From IMG/VR virus record IMGVR_UViG_3300037063_000214: 24,942 bases of DNA; one strand, written 5' to 3'. Under the pieces are notes generated by a model. That model was not told the origin of the DNA. It was given only the letters and a program-made list of their open reading frames with translations, and did not search any database. This stretch comes from a virus. Within the stretch, counting starts at the first letter, position 1. Each line of letters begins with the position of its first letter. Made by a program: the position numbers and the translations under genes. This document shows positions 13,976 through 24,023 of the stretch, one piece after another.

Positions 13976-13997
13976 GTCTGATAGAGGTTCAAAGAAC

Positions 13998-16900
13998 TTG
14001 TCAGACTTCAATCCCCCAATTATTGACCCCCTGGAAGTACCAGTCAAGCCTAAAAGAAAGCGTAAGCTTGCTTCCCCTCCATCCAAGGTAAAGAAACCAA
14101 AAGTAGCTCGGGATCTTCGTTCAGTTTTCCTTGAAAAATTAAAAGAAATTTCAGTTGAAAAAATCAAGAAACCTTGGATGGCAGAAAAAGTTTTTCGATT
14201 AATTAATACTACATCTGAGTTAGAAACTTGGGTAGAAAAAGTCTTAACTGATAAGTCTCAATTCCACACTCAATTTAAGCATACATGCCCAGTCTTGGCG
14301 GTTGATACAGAAACCACTAGCTTAGATACTCGTATCTTTTCTACTCTTCAACAACTACCTAGCGGGGAATCAGAACTTCAATATGAAGTGAAAGTTGAAA
14401 TTGCAGGAGTATGTCTGTCTGTAAATGGTATCGAAGGTGTGTACATTCCCATCAACCATGAAAGCGGAAGCAATATTCCACGAGCTGATGCGGCTCGTAT
14501 TTTACAACGATTATTTGATAACTGCCATTTGATTTTCTACAATGGTAAGTTTGATCGTGAAGTGTTACGTATTACTTTGGGTATCAATTTCAGACCCTAT
14601 CCATTTTTTGAAGATGTTCAAGTACTGCAATATATCAATGACCCCAAAGCAGATTTAGGGAAGTCTGGTACTTGGGCTGGGGATAGCGGCACATTAAAAA
14701 AATTGTCAGAAAGTAAGCTGGGAATTGAACAGATTGAAATTAAAGAAATTGCCAAAGTACGAGCGCATGTTTGGAATCCGCTTACTCAAAAAAATTCCTT
14801 GAAGATGCAAGTTGTACCCTTTACTTGGGTACCTCCAGAAATAGCTTTGTGGTACGCCGCAGCTGACGCCATATGTACCTGGTTACTCTGGGATAAGATG
14901 AAAGATTTGGCTCGTAGTAGAGACCTAGTTCATCATATTGACCATGAGTTAGTAGATTCTTTATCTTATGTGGAGCGGCAAAGATTTTTGATAGATGTGG
15001 ATCGTCAACGCCGTACCACTCGCTGGCACACAAGAAAAACTCAAGAATTACGAGATGAACTAGGTCAGATGGCGAAAGATGCTGGTTGGGTTAGCCCCAC
15101 CGCAGATGATGAAGACAAAGGCGTATTTAATCCTAGTTCTACAAAGCAATTGGGACCTTTGCTATTCAAGTTGATGGGTTTTAAACCTTATCGGATGACG
15201 GATAAAAACCAAGCATCTACTGACAAAGAAACGCTTCAAGAGTTGGTAAAAGATAACCCGGATAATGAATTTCTTAAGACGCTTCAAGAATATAGAGAGC
15301 TTGCGGCTCTACATCCCGGCAATTTACGTTATGATACCAAAGATAATAGTGCTCGGTTATATTTGAAACAGAATGTAGTAGCTGGTGGAAGATTATCAGG
15401 TTCTGGTGGTAAGTTTGAAAAAGATGGAGGCTTGCAATGGAATCCTCAGGGCGTAAAAAAACTGGAAGAGGATGATTTTTGGCGTGTGTACGGTAATGTA
15501 TTGGAGCCCGATTCTGTTCCTGAGTATGATATTGAAGCGTATACTGAAGAGGATTTACACCCGTCCTGCTTTCAAGAAGATGGAGATAAACGAGAGAAAG
15601 CCCCAGGGATCATAAAAAATCACATAGGATTGTACCAAGATTACGCCATTTGTCTTGTGCCTAAATGTACATCTTGCGCTGATAAATTCGGTATTCTTAT
15701 ACCAGATACTTCTTTAGACGCGAATCAGGTAGTTAACCTGCGTGTGCTATTCGTAGCATCACCCGGTTGGACCTTCTTTTCTATCGATTATCAAAATATC
15801 GAAGTTCGTACAGCGGCTAATTTATCGAAAGAGCCTGAATTGGAAAACATCTTCCTCTTAGGTGATGGAGATCATCACGCCCTTACCGCATCTAAAGTTT
15901 TCCCTGAATATAATGACCCTAAAAGTAAAATGTATAGGTCTAAGTCTCTTCGTGCCATTGCAAAAATTATTAACTTCGCTCTCCAATATGGCGGCACTTC
16001 TCACGCTATTTACAAAAATATGGTGAAGAATGATCCGACCATCACTAAGGAAAAAGCGGAAGAGATGGTTACGAAATATTGGGCTGGCGTTCCTAAATTT
16101 AAAGAATGGTGCGAAGGAAGACAAGCACGGGCGCGGGATGCATTTGTTAGTGAGACAGCTACGGGGCGTGTTATCAACTTTAAATCTGCTATGGAAGCTG
16201 AACATCTACATGTTCCCACCAGAGATGAAAGAAGCAGGTTGAGTCAATACTATGAGTGGAACAAAGAAGCCAAGAAAGCTAAAGCGGATCAAAACTCCGA
16301 TAGAGAGATGAAGTACCGTAAGGCAGCGGATAATTTATTTAAGAACCTAGATACAGGAGTACGTAACGCCATAGAATACAATAAATTCTTGGGGTATATT
16401 CAACGGGTGGCTGTTAATTGCCCCGTACAAGGATTATCTGGGGATTTCATGCGCATCGCAATTAACCGTATAAAAAAGTGGGTGGAGAAAGACCCGCAAA
16501 TTCAAAGGGTATTTCGTTTTCACGGGTCTGTACATGATGAGATTGATATCAGTATTAAAAATGAATATGTGCCCTTTATCTTACCTCGTCTTACCCGATT
16601 AATGAAGTTACGTAAATATCATAAAAAGATGGATTGGAATGTTCCTATTGAGTGTGATGCTGAATATGGGCATAGCTGGGATGTAGATTATAATGTTACA
16701 GACAAAAAATTTCCAGCGGCTTACACCCATATCCCGGGCTGGGAGTCTTATGTACCCTCAGATTTTGATATGAAGACTGTAAAGAATCTTTATCAGGCTT
16801 TTATATCGGGGGATGATGTTAGAAAAGAAAAAGCCAAGAATTGGATTACTGAAATATTGCATTCAAAAGTGCAACAATCAGTGAAGACTTTATTTGAGTC

Positions 16901-17198
16901 TAAGGATCCAGTAAAGATTAAAAACCAACTTATCGCCGTACTACAGTTACATGAATATTGGATGATTGATTGGACGCCAGATGAGGATGAAGCTAAACTT
17001 GAGACCCTAGAGCGGTACGAACAAAGAATGGGATTTTCACCTGACGATAGAGACAAAAGTTGTCCGGAGTTTGGTTATATGGGGGCTATTCCACTTTCTG
17101 CCCCTGTGATTCGCCCTGATGTACATACGCTAACTTGTGAATCAGAATCTTCTTCTGAGCAGGAACTAGTATTGGCAAATGCTTACGGAGCACCTTAA
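13998..17198 (+). CDS. Family-A (PolA-type) DNA polymerase with a 3'-5' exonuclease domain and large insertions. It has no 5'-3' exonuclease domain.
   Basis: Exo I LAVDTETTSLD and Exo III YAAADA. Pol motif A DYQNIEVRTAA. Motif B RSKSLRAIAKIINFALQYGG. Motif C VHDEID. The first in-frame start is TTG at 13998. The next ATG is at 14178. Confidence 0.9.
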   Translation: MSDFNPPIIDPLEVPVKPKRKRKLASPPSKVKKPKVARDLRSVFLEKLKEISVEKIKKPWMAEKVFRLINTTSELETWVEKVLTDKSQFHTQFKHTCPVLAVDTETTSLDTRIFSTLQQLPSGESELQYEVKVEIAGVCLSVNGIEGVYIPINHESGSNIPRADAARILQRLFDNCHLIFYNGKFDREVLRITLGINFRPYPFFEDVQVLQYINDPKADLGKSGTWAGDSGTLKKLSESKLGIEQIEIKEIAKVRAHVWNPLTQKNSLKMQVVPFTWVPPEIALWYAAADAICTWLLWDKMKDLARSRDLVHHIDHELVDSLSYVERQRFLIDVDRQRRTTRWHTRKTQELRDELGQMAKDAGWVSPTADDEDKGVFNPSSTKQLGPLLFKLMGFKPYRMTDKNQASTDKETLQELVKDNPDNEFLKTLQEYRELAALHPGNLRYDTKDNSARLYLKQNVVAGGRLSGSGGKFEKDGGLQWNPQGVKKLEEDDFWRVYGNVLEPDSVPEYDIEAYTEEDLHPSCFQEDGDKREKAPGIIKNHIGLYQDYAICLVPKCTSCADKFGILIPDTSLDANQVVNLRVLFVASPGWTFFSIDYQNIEVRTAANLSKEPELENIFLLGDGDHHALTASKVFPEYNDPKSKMYRSKSLRAIAKIINFALQYGGTSHAIYKNMVKNDPTITKEKAEEMVTKYWAGVPKFKEWCEGRQARARDAFVSETATGRVINFKSAMEAEHLHVPTRDERSRLSQYYEWNKEAKKAKADQNSDREMKYRKAADNLFKNLDTGVRNAIEYNKFLGYIQRVAVNCPVQGLSGDFMRIAINRIKKWVEKDPQIQRVFRFHGSVHDEIDISIKNEYVPFILPRLTRLMKLRKYHKKMDWNVPIECDAEYGHSWDVDYNVTDKKFPAAYTHIPGWESYVPSDFDMKTVKNLYQAFISGDDVRKEKAKNWITEILHSKVQQSVKTLFESKDPVKIKNQLIAVLQLHEYWMIDWTPDEDEAKLETLERYEQRMGFSPDDRDKSCPEFGYMGAIPLSAPVIRPDVHTLTCESESSSEQELVLANAYGAP

Positions 17199-17201
17199 TA
17201 T

Positions 17202-17810
17202 ATGAGAATTTTGGTAGCTTGTGAGTATTCCGGGGTTGTACGAGAGGCATTCAAAGCATTGGGTCATGATGCTTGGAGTTGTGATATTTTGCCTACGGAA
17301 ATACCGGGGCAACATTACGAATGCCCAGTAGAGGAAGTATTGAATCTCGGATGGGATTTGATGATAGCGCATCCTCCGTGTACATACTTGTGTAGCAGCG
17401 GGTTACATTGGAATAAGCGTATACCAGGGCGAGCAGAAAAAACAGAAGAAGCCTTGAAGTTTGTCCAATTGCTAATGAACGCTCCTATTGAAAAAATAGC
17501 GTTAGAGAATCCTATCGGTTGTATCTCTTCCCGAATTAGAAAACCAGATCAAGTGATTCAACCATGGCAATACGGTCACCCGGAGTCTAAACAAACAGCG
17601 TTATGGCTTAAAAATTTATCACCTCTTCAGCCTACTAACATATTGGAACCTCCAGCTTATCAAAAGAATGGTAAACCTCAGTGGAACAATCAAACACCGA
17701 CTGGTCAAAATAAGTTAGGACCATCACCCACCCGCGGTCTGGAGCGCAGCCGTACATACACAGGAATAGGAACAGCTATGGCTTTGCAATGGGGATCAGA
17801 TGGCAGATGA
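17202..17810 (+). CDS. Minimal C5-cytosine-methyltransferase-like protein of 202 aa. No target-recognition domain is evident.
   Basis: Motif-I-like ILVACEYSGVV. PC motif AHPPCTYLCSSG, compare GPPCQxFSxAG. ENV-like ALENPIG. Confidence 0.5.
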   Translation: MRILVACEYSGVVREAFKALGHDAWSCDILPTEIPGQHYECPVEEVLNLGWDLMIAHPPCTYLCSSGLHWNKRIPGRAEKTEEALKFVQLLMNAPIEKIALENPIGCISSRIRKPDQVIQPWQYGHPESKQTALWLKNLSPLQPTNILEPPAYQKNGKPQWNNQTPTGQNKLGPSPTRGLERSRTYTGIGTAMALQWGSDGR

Positions 17811-18594
17811 AACTAAAAAACAGTGTCCTCAATGTAATGGACAAATTGATTTTTTTGGGTCATGTAGAAAATGCGGTAGGCAGTGGTCTGAAGATTTAGA
17901 GTTGGGGGAGAAAGCTTTTGGTTTACCTGAAGGTGAACAGTATAAGTCTGTCGTTAAAAAAATAGGCACACACATTCCTCGTAAGAATCGTTTTACCAAA
18001 TCAAAAGGAGCGCTTGCTGGTAAAGATTTTAAAACTTTTGCACCTGAAGTACCGCCAAAATATCAAAATTGGCAGATTAACGCTGATTATGATGATGTTA
18101 CAGAGATCGTAAAAAAACGAGCTTTGATGCGGTTGGATTCCCGTAAACTTTACTCCGCTTTGGGGTTATCTATAAGAGCTTCCGACTGCCAAAAAGCTAC
18201 TCTTTCATCTTTATCTCGAATGTGGGAATTTCTGGATGAAGAAGAGAAAAAAATCCTTTCCCCTACAATGGAGCGTCTTAAGATTACTCTAGGTGAAATT
18301 CAAAAAGTATGCGAGAAAAAAATCATCGAAACATCTGAAATGGAAAAAGCTCTAGAAAAAGCTCGAATGTCTGCTCGTAAAGCAAGAATTCGTATTACAG
18401 CTGATGAACAAAAAGCTCAAATAGCCGCTAAACAAATTATCCCCGGGGAAGATACTGAAGGTTTGAGTGACCCAGAACCGCAGTTTATTTCACCATCCGC
18501 ATTACTTGAGCAAGCTAAAGAAAAACTCATCGCCTTAGCTAAAGAGAAAAATCTCAAAAAAGGGCATATCAAGCAAGATGAATCAGAAGAATAA
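17800..18594 (+). CDS. Hypothetical protein with an N-terminal zinc ribbon (CPQCNG...CRKCG) and a charged, coiled-coil-like C-terminus.
   Basis: Clean ORF. It overlaps the upstream gene by 11 nt. Confidence 0.6.
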   Translation: MADETKKQCPQCNGQIDFFGSCRKCGRQWSEDLELGEKAFGLPEGEQYKSVVKKIGTHIPRKNRFTKSKGALAGKDFKTFAPEVPPKYQNWQINADYDDVTEIVKKRALMRLDSRKLYSALGLSIRASDCQKATLSSLSRMWEFLDEEEKKILSPTMERLKITLGEIQKVCEKKIIETSEMEKALEKARMSARKARIRITADEQKAQIAAKQIIPGEDTEGLSDPEPQFISPSALLEQAKEKLIALAKEKNLKKGHIKQDESEE

Positions 18595-20572
18595 ATTATC
18601 CAAGGACTGGTGGCTAGCTCAACGATGGGATAAGTTAAAACTTGACCCCAATCAACAAATGCCAGATAAATGGTCAGAAGGTAGTGGGTTAAAATTAAGG
18701 TTTTTATGTGAGTGCGGTCGTATATCATTTACATCATTTGGCAGCGCTATAAAATCTACGAGTTGCGGGAAGTGTACATTCAAATCTAAAGAATATTGGC
18801 TTTCTCAAAAATGGGGCAAAGTTAAAATTGATCCTACGCAATTACTACCCAATGAGTGGGGACCCAGCAGCGGTAGAAAAATTATATATTTATGTGACTG
18901 CGGAAAAACTATTAAAGCAAATATGTGCAGGACTCTACAATCTTGCGGAAAATGCTCATTTCTTCCCAAGGAACATTGGCTAAGTTTGAAATATGGAGAA
19001 TTAAGTTTGATTTCTGACCAAGAATTACCCGATGAATGGGGGCCTAACTCTAATTATAGATTTGAATATTTATGCTCCTGCGGCAAAACTACAAAAACAA
19101 TGTTTGAAAATGTAAGCACTGGACATTCAGTGTCTTGCGGTAAATGCACAGCAAAACCTTTATCTTGGTGGCTGGAGCAAAAATGGGGGAAATTAAGGAT
19201 GGATTCAAGCCAAGAATTACTTGGACAAGCAGCCCCAAAAACAAATATAAAATTATGGTTTTTATGCGATTGTGGCAATAAAACACATGCTCTCATTTCC
19301 AATGTAACTACGGGGCGTACAAAATCGTGTGATAAGTGTAATTATAAGCCTAAAGAGTATTGGTTAGCACAACGATGGGATAAATTAATAATTGACCCAA
19401 ATCAAATACTTCCAGATGAGTGGGGACTACAATCTGAAATTAAAGTAAGGTGTATTTGTGACTGTGGGACTATTAGAAATTTTATTTTTTATTATATTAA
19501 TAACGGAACTACTAATTCCTGCGGTCAGTGTTCTTGGATGAGTAAAGAGCACTGGCTAAAACAAAAATGGGGTAAATTAGTGATTGATATAAATCAAAAA
19601 CTATTAGATAACTGGGGTTCTTCTGTAGACTATTTACTGAAATTTAATTGCGATTGTGGGGGCAATATAATTTTACCTTTTGGTAGAGTAAATAGAGGTA
19701 GTACTAAATCTTGTGGGTGCCTTCGAATAGGTCAAAATGAATTTTCCGCTGAAAATGAAATTAGAAAATTTGTAATGTCATTAGCATCGGACACATTTTC
19801 TACATCTTATAAAATCCCAAATTCTCGTAAAACATACGATGTTTACGTTCCTTCAAAAAAATTAGCTATAGAATTTCATGGTCTTATCTGGCATGGAGAA
19901 AAATTTTCAACAAAGGGGAGTAAAAAAAATGATTTTGATAAATATATTCTCAGCAGGCAGAGAGGTGATAGATTAATACAGATTTATGCGGATGAATGGA
20001 AAAATAAACAATCAATAATAAAAAACATGATTGAAAATATACTATCTCCCCTTAAAGGTAGAAGAATTTCCCCGAAATATACGGTAGAAAATATTACTTC
20101 AATGGTAACTAGGGATTTTCTTGACCGAAGTCATTACCTTGGAGCCGCTTCTGGGTGTCTTACCGTTATAGCTAAACATCATGATCAAATAGTAGGAGTA
20201 TGGGTCTTTATGAAGCGGGAAGAAGGTACTGTGTTATGGCATAGAGCCTGCTGGGATCATCGATATAAAACTTGGAACCCGCATGAGAAAGCTTTAAATA
20301 TATCAATACCTTTATTAAAAGCTATGGGATTTACTCGTATTATCACTTTTTCTGATAATAGATTTCATACGGGAAATCTATATGAAAAGTTAGGGTTTGT
20401 TTTTGAAAAAAATTTAGATCCTGAATACAGTTATACAAATGGTAATAGCAGAGTGTCCAAATACACAATGAGAGTAGAAGCGGGGCGTAACGAAAAACTT
20501 GAAGCTGAAGCCAAGGGCTGGTACAGGATTTGGGATAGCGGGAAAAAGAGGTACAGTTTATCTCTGGAATAA
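18578..20572 (+). CDS. 664-aa protein with six tandem zinc-ribbon repeats of roughly 60 aa, a Vsr/DUF559-like PD-(D/E)xK endonuclease motif, and an unrecognised C-terminal domain.
   Basis: Each repeat follows the pattern K(E/D)(Y/H)WL.Q(K/R)WGKL..D..Q.LPDEWG...FLCDCG...SCGKC. Vsr-like YDVYVPSKKLAIEFHGLIWHGEKF ... RQRGDRLIQIYADEW. Confidence 0.75.
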   Translation: MNQKNKLSKDWWLAQRWDKLKLDPNQQMPDKWSEGSGLKLRFLCECGRISFTSFGSAIKSTSCGKCTFKSKEYWLSQKWGKVKIDPTQLLPNEWGPSSGRKIIYLCDCGKTIKANMCRTLQSCGKCSFLPKEHWLSLKYGELSLISDQELPDEWGPNSNYRFEYLCSCGKTTKTMFENVSTGHSVSCGKCTAKPLSWWLEQKWGKLRMDSSQELLGQAAPKTNIKLWFLCDCGNKTHALISNVTTGRTKSCDKCNYKPKEYWLAQRWDKLIIDPNQILPDEWGLQSEIKVRCICDCGTIRNFIFYYINNGTTNSCGQCSWMSKEHWLKQKWGKLVIDINQKLLDNWGSSVDYLLKFNCDCGGNIILPFGRVNRGSTKSCGCLRIGQNEFSAENEIRKFVMSLASDTFSTSYKIPNSRKTYDVYVPSKKLAIEFHGLIWHGEKFSTKGSKKNDFDKYILSRQRGDRLIQIYADEWKNKQSIIKNMIENILSPLKGRRISPKYTVENITSMVTRDFLDRSHYLGAASGCLTVIAKHHDQIVGVWVFMKREEGTVLWHRACWDHRYKTWNPHEKALNISIPLLKAMGFTRIITFSDNRFHTGNLYEKLGFVFEKNLDPEYSYTNGNSRVSKYTMRVEAGRNEKLEAEAKGWYRIWDSGKKRYSLSLE

Positions 20573-20606
20573 AGCTATCTTTCAGTTATATTTATAGAGA
20601 AATTTT

Positions 20607-23243
20607 ATGGCGGATGAGAAAAAAGAATCAAAAAGACAGCGTAACGGAAACGCTACAGTCAAAAAAACAACTGAAACTCGCAAAGTAGCGAAAGTCGGAA
20701 AGCAAGAATACGCCAGCGCCGGTAGATATACTACCTTAAGTTCTGATGGACGGACTATTACTGATGATGTAGCATATCGTAACAAACTCCGATCTTTTCG
20801 TGGCTTGGCCGATAGTTTATTGGGAGATGACCCAACCATTCAAACCGGCAAAACCGCAGGAGGTATGTTTGGTGGGGATAGTGGAGTTGGTTATGCCGAC
20901 ATTGCAGACTCAAATAACATCGGGTATTACTCATATGAATTCCCTGTTGATGCGCTTGAGCTTCCCGCGTCTAGAGCTGAAGAACTTCGATTCTATAGAT
21001 TAGCTTATGATCGTGACCCTATTGTAGGGCGAGCAATTGATTTACACACTGAACTACCTCTCTCCAAAATGGAATTAAGTAAACCCAAATGTTCATCAGA
21101 AGAATATGCAGATTTTGTATTTGATGAATTTCAGCGTTTTGTGGGTAAGACAAAACTATTCCAAGTACTTATTGATTTGGTTCGTGAATATTGGACAATT
21201 GGTGAAGCATTTTTGTTCATTGAAAAGCTTGGCAATATAGAACCCTGCAAAGAAGCTCAAAAACTAATGGAGAAAGATGATAAAGGGGATGGAACAGAAC
21301 CTGGAAAAGAATCCGAATTCCACGGTCCTTTGGGCGGTACATCCGATCGTATTTTAGAGTATTTACAACCAGAAAAAACATCTGCCTGGGTGAATAAGAA
21401 AAGTCTTATATTAGATGAACTTAAAAATGCAGGTATTAAGTTTGATTTTTGGGAAGATAGTAAAAAAGTTGCCCGTGAAATAGAGTCAAAGAAAGCTGCT
21501 CTTAACGCTAAAACCCGCAAAATCGCTAAAGTAGCAGGAGTTCCAGCTGTCACTTTGGCAAAAATGATTATAGCGGCGGACACCCTGCACCAATTAAATA
21601 AAAACTCCAAACAATCACTAGAGGCTAATGAAAAACTGGCTAAACTTTTAAGTAGAATTGACGCAGATGAAAGTTTAAACGCCCCCCTTCAAATTACAGC
21701 AGAAATGTCCAAGGTTGCAGTACCCCCAGCCCCGGCTGCTCCGGGGGTTCCAGCAGGAGATGCGGGCGCTGGGACGCCCCCAGGGGCTGATACAGGGGTT
21801 CCTACAGACCCAGCAGCACCCGGCGCACCCGGAACTCCAGGCACTGACCCGGGCGCTCCTTTGGGAGACCCCGGTTTAGGGGATATCGCTGGGGCAGATG
21901 AAGGTATGGGCGGCGGTATGCCTCCCATGGGTGGTGGAGGCGGGGGAGGCGGTATGGGTATTCCCGGTGAAATGGCCGGTGAGGCACAAAACGCTATTGC
22001 AGCCGGTGTTTCTATTACCGCGCAACGAGAACTGATGGAAATGAAACATCTTCTTCGTTTACTGGAGAAGAAGAAAGAATTGTTAGAGGATTTAAAAGAA
22101 ATTCGAGAGAAGAAACGCGAAGAATTAGAGCTTTTCTCTCATGTGACCAACAAGGATTATGATGGTCCAGCTCGTTGTCAGATTCTACCCCCAGAACAAA
22201 TGGAAATAGTAAACGAGGGGCAGATGGAAGACGGTCCTACGATTTATTACAAACCACCAGAGGCACAAAAACAGTCTTATTTGGAAGATCCCGATGTACC
22301 ATCGGATGTGAAAGAGAAAATCCAAACTGAAGGTAAGATCCCACTAAATCAAGATCCTATGAAGGGAAGTTATGTAATTCACTTCGCCCGTAAAAAGAGT
22401 GGATATGAACTTCACGGGCGATCTATTTTACAACGCTGCATTCGTACGGTTATTTATCGAGAAAAATTAAGACAGGTACAAAGTACTTTAGCTTCTCGTA
22501 ACATGACGCCTAAAACCATGGTAATTGCTCCTGGTATTCCAATATCGGAAGTAATGGCTTTGCGTGCTCATATTGATGAAGCGAAGGCAGACCCAGATTA
22601 TAGCGTAGTCTTGAACTATGAAGCCCGCTGGGATGAAATTGGTTCTGAAGGACGTTTGCTTGTGCTTGATGGGGAATATCAACATACAAACTCTGACCTA
22701 GCTATTGGTTTGGGGTTATCGCCAGAAATTCTTATCGGTGAGGGTATGTACAGTGGAAATAAAGTACAACTGGAAATCATGAATATCTCTTATCTACAAT
22801 TCCGTGATTTGCTCACTACGATCATTGAAGATAATATTTTTAAACCAATTGCAATGGAGAAAGGTTTTTATGAAATGGATAAATATGGGCGTCCTCGTTG
22901 GATTTATCCTAAAGTTGAATTCTCCCGTATGGCGTTAAGAGATAGCGGCGACCTCTACGATATGCTTTTTAATCTTTATGCAAAAGGAAGTCTGCCTGTA
23001 GACATTATTTACGAATTTTTGTCTATCGATCCAGAAGATGCTACTCGTAAATTAGAAGATAATTTGTTTACTGTAAAGGATAGTAAATTCAACGAAATGC
23101 TTTCGAATCTATACAGTAGCGTTGGTGAATGGATGATGGCCAATACAGACTTAGGTAAGAAACTTACCAAGGGATTACAACTCAGTGAAGTTGATCACGC
23201 TGAGGATGATAGTGAAATAGAAGGATCTGGTGAGGGAGTATGA
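20607..23243 (+). CDS. Large 878-aa hypothetical protein with an internal Pro/Gly/Ala-rich low-complexity linker. It is possibly virion-associated.
   Basis: Long clean ORF. The low-complexity region [55 protein letters not shown]...[15 protein letters not shown] is encoded in a GC-rich stretch at about 21720-21960. The C-terminus is acidic. Confidence 0.75.
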   Translation: MADEKKESKRQRNGNATVKKTTETRKVAKVGKQEYASAGRYTTLSSDGRTITDDVAYRNKLRSFRGLADSLLGDDPTIQTGKTAGGMFGGDSGVGYADIADSNNIGYYSYEFPVDALELPASRAEELRFYRLAYDRDPIVGRAIDLHTELPLSKMELSKPKCSSEEYADFVFDEFQRFVGKTKLFQVLIDLVREYWTIGEAFLFIEKLGNIEPCKEAQKLMEKDDKGDGTEPGKESEFHGPLGGTSDRILEYLQPEKTSAWVNKKSLILDELKNAGIKFDFWEDSKKVAREIESKKAALNAKTRKIAKVAGVPAVTLAKMIIAADTLHQLNKNSKQSLEANEKLAKLLSRIDADESLNAPLQITAEMSKVAVPPAPAAPGVPAGDAGAGTPPGADTGVPTDPAAPGAPGTPGTDPGAPLGDPGLGDIAGADEGMGGGMPPMGGGGGGGGMGIPGEMAGEAQNAIAAGVSITAQRELMEMKHLLRLLEKKKELLEDLKEIREKKREELELFSHVTNKDYDGPARCQILPPEQMEIVNEGQMEDGPTIYYKPPEAQKQSYLEDPDVPSDVKEKIQTEGKIPLNQDPMKGSYVIHFARKKSGYELHGRSILQRCIRTVIYREKLRQVQSTLASRNMTPKTMVIAPGIPISEVMALRAHIDEAKADPDYSVVLNYEARWDEIGSEGRLLVLDGEYQHTNSDLAIGLGLSPEILIGEGMYSGNKVQLEIMNISYLQFRDLLTTIIEDNIFKPIAMEKGFYEMDKYGRPRWIYPKVEFSRMALRDSGDLYDMLFNLYAKGSLPVDIIYEFLSIDPEDATRKLEDNLFTVKDSKFNEMLSNLYSSVGEWMMANTDLGKKLTKGLQLSEVDHAEDDSEIEGSGEGV

Positions 23244-23965
23244 TGGATGAAGGCTTATCAAACGCTCCGAAACAAACCCGAAAAAAGCGCGTGGTTCGGA
23301 ACGGTCATCCGTCGAATAAGCTTGTCCTGAGTGCCTTTTCAGAGACAAATAACCGAGCCTTCCCAGAGATTCTCCAATTGTACGTGGACGCTAAAAGTGT
23401 CGTTGCTGACGTGACCTATGGTAAGGGCGTCTTTTGGAAGAATATTCCGAAGGATAAATACGTCTTGAAGGCGACCGATATTCGGGATGGCATTGATTGC
23501 CGGAAGTTGCCTTACAAGGACGGCGAGATAGATTGTGTTGTGTTTGATCCACCCTACATGCATACTCCTGGAGGTACGGCTCACTCGTCCCACACTCCAT
23601 TTGAGAGTCACTATAGGAATAATGGCACTGGTAACGGTACGGCCAGCAAATACCATGAAGCCGTCCTTGACCTGTATAAAGAGGGCGGCAGAGAAGCGTA
23701 TCGAGTTTTACGGAAACAGGGAGTCTTGATCGTAAAATGCCAAGATGAGGTATGCGCCAACCGCCAACGGTTTACGCATGTTGAAATCATGCAAATGTAC
23801 AAAGAACTCGGATTCGTAGCGGAAGATTTGTTTGTAATAGTCCGCAACAATCGCCCGGGAGTTAGCCGCATGGTTCGCCAAGTTCACGCCCGTAAGAACC
23901 ATTCCTATTTTTTGGTCTTCTGGAAAAACGGATCCGGTACAGGAAGATGGGAACCCCCAAAGTGA
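23240..23965 (+). CDS. DNA amino-methyltransferase, N6-adenine or N4-cytosine.
   Basis: Motif I DVTYGKG. Catalytic motif IV VVFDPPY. ATGA overlaps the upstream stop. Confidence 0.75.
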   Translation: MMDEGLSNAPKQTRKKRVVRNGHPSNKLVLSAFSETNNRAFPEILQLYVDAKSVVADVTYGKGVFWKNIPKDKYVLKATDIRDGIDCRKLPYKDGEIDCVVFDPPYMHTPGGTAHSSHTPFESHYRNNGTGNGTASKYHEAVLDLYKEGGREAYRVLRKQGVLIVKCQDEVCANRQRFTHVEIMQMYKELGFVAEDLFVIVRNNRPGVSRMVRQVHARKNHSYFLVFWKNGSGTGRWEPPK

Positions 23966-24023
23966 GTTCCATTGAACTGCCATAAACCAGTTTTTCATTA
24001 TTAGGTAGAGGAAATTTCATTTA

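Noticed and set aside
13510-13997. A group I intron upstream of or within the DNA polymerase gene.
   Set aside because: The region is not inside an ORF. No upstream exon is in frame, with a stop at 13941-13943. No P7 or G-site consensus was recognisable. It is treated as a leader or ncRNA.
20607-23243. Calling the 878-aa protein a portal protein.
   Set aside because: Size and position are suggestive, but no portal motifs could be recognised by eye. The next gene is a methyltransferase rather than a scaffold or capsid gene. It is left as hypothetical.
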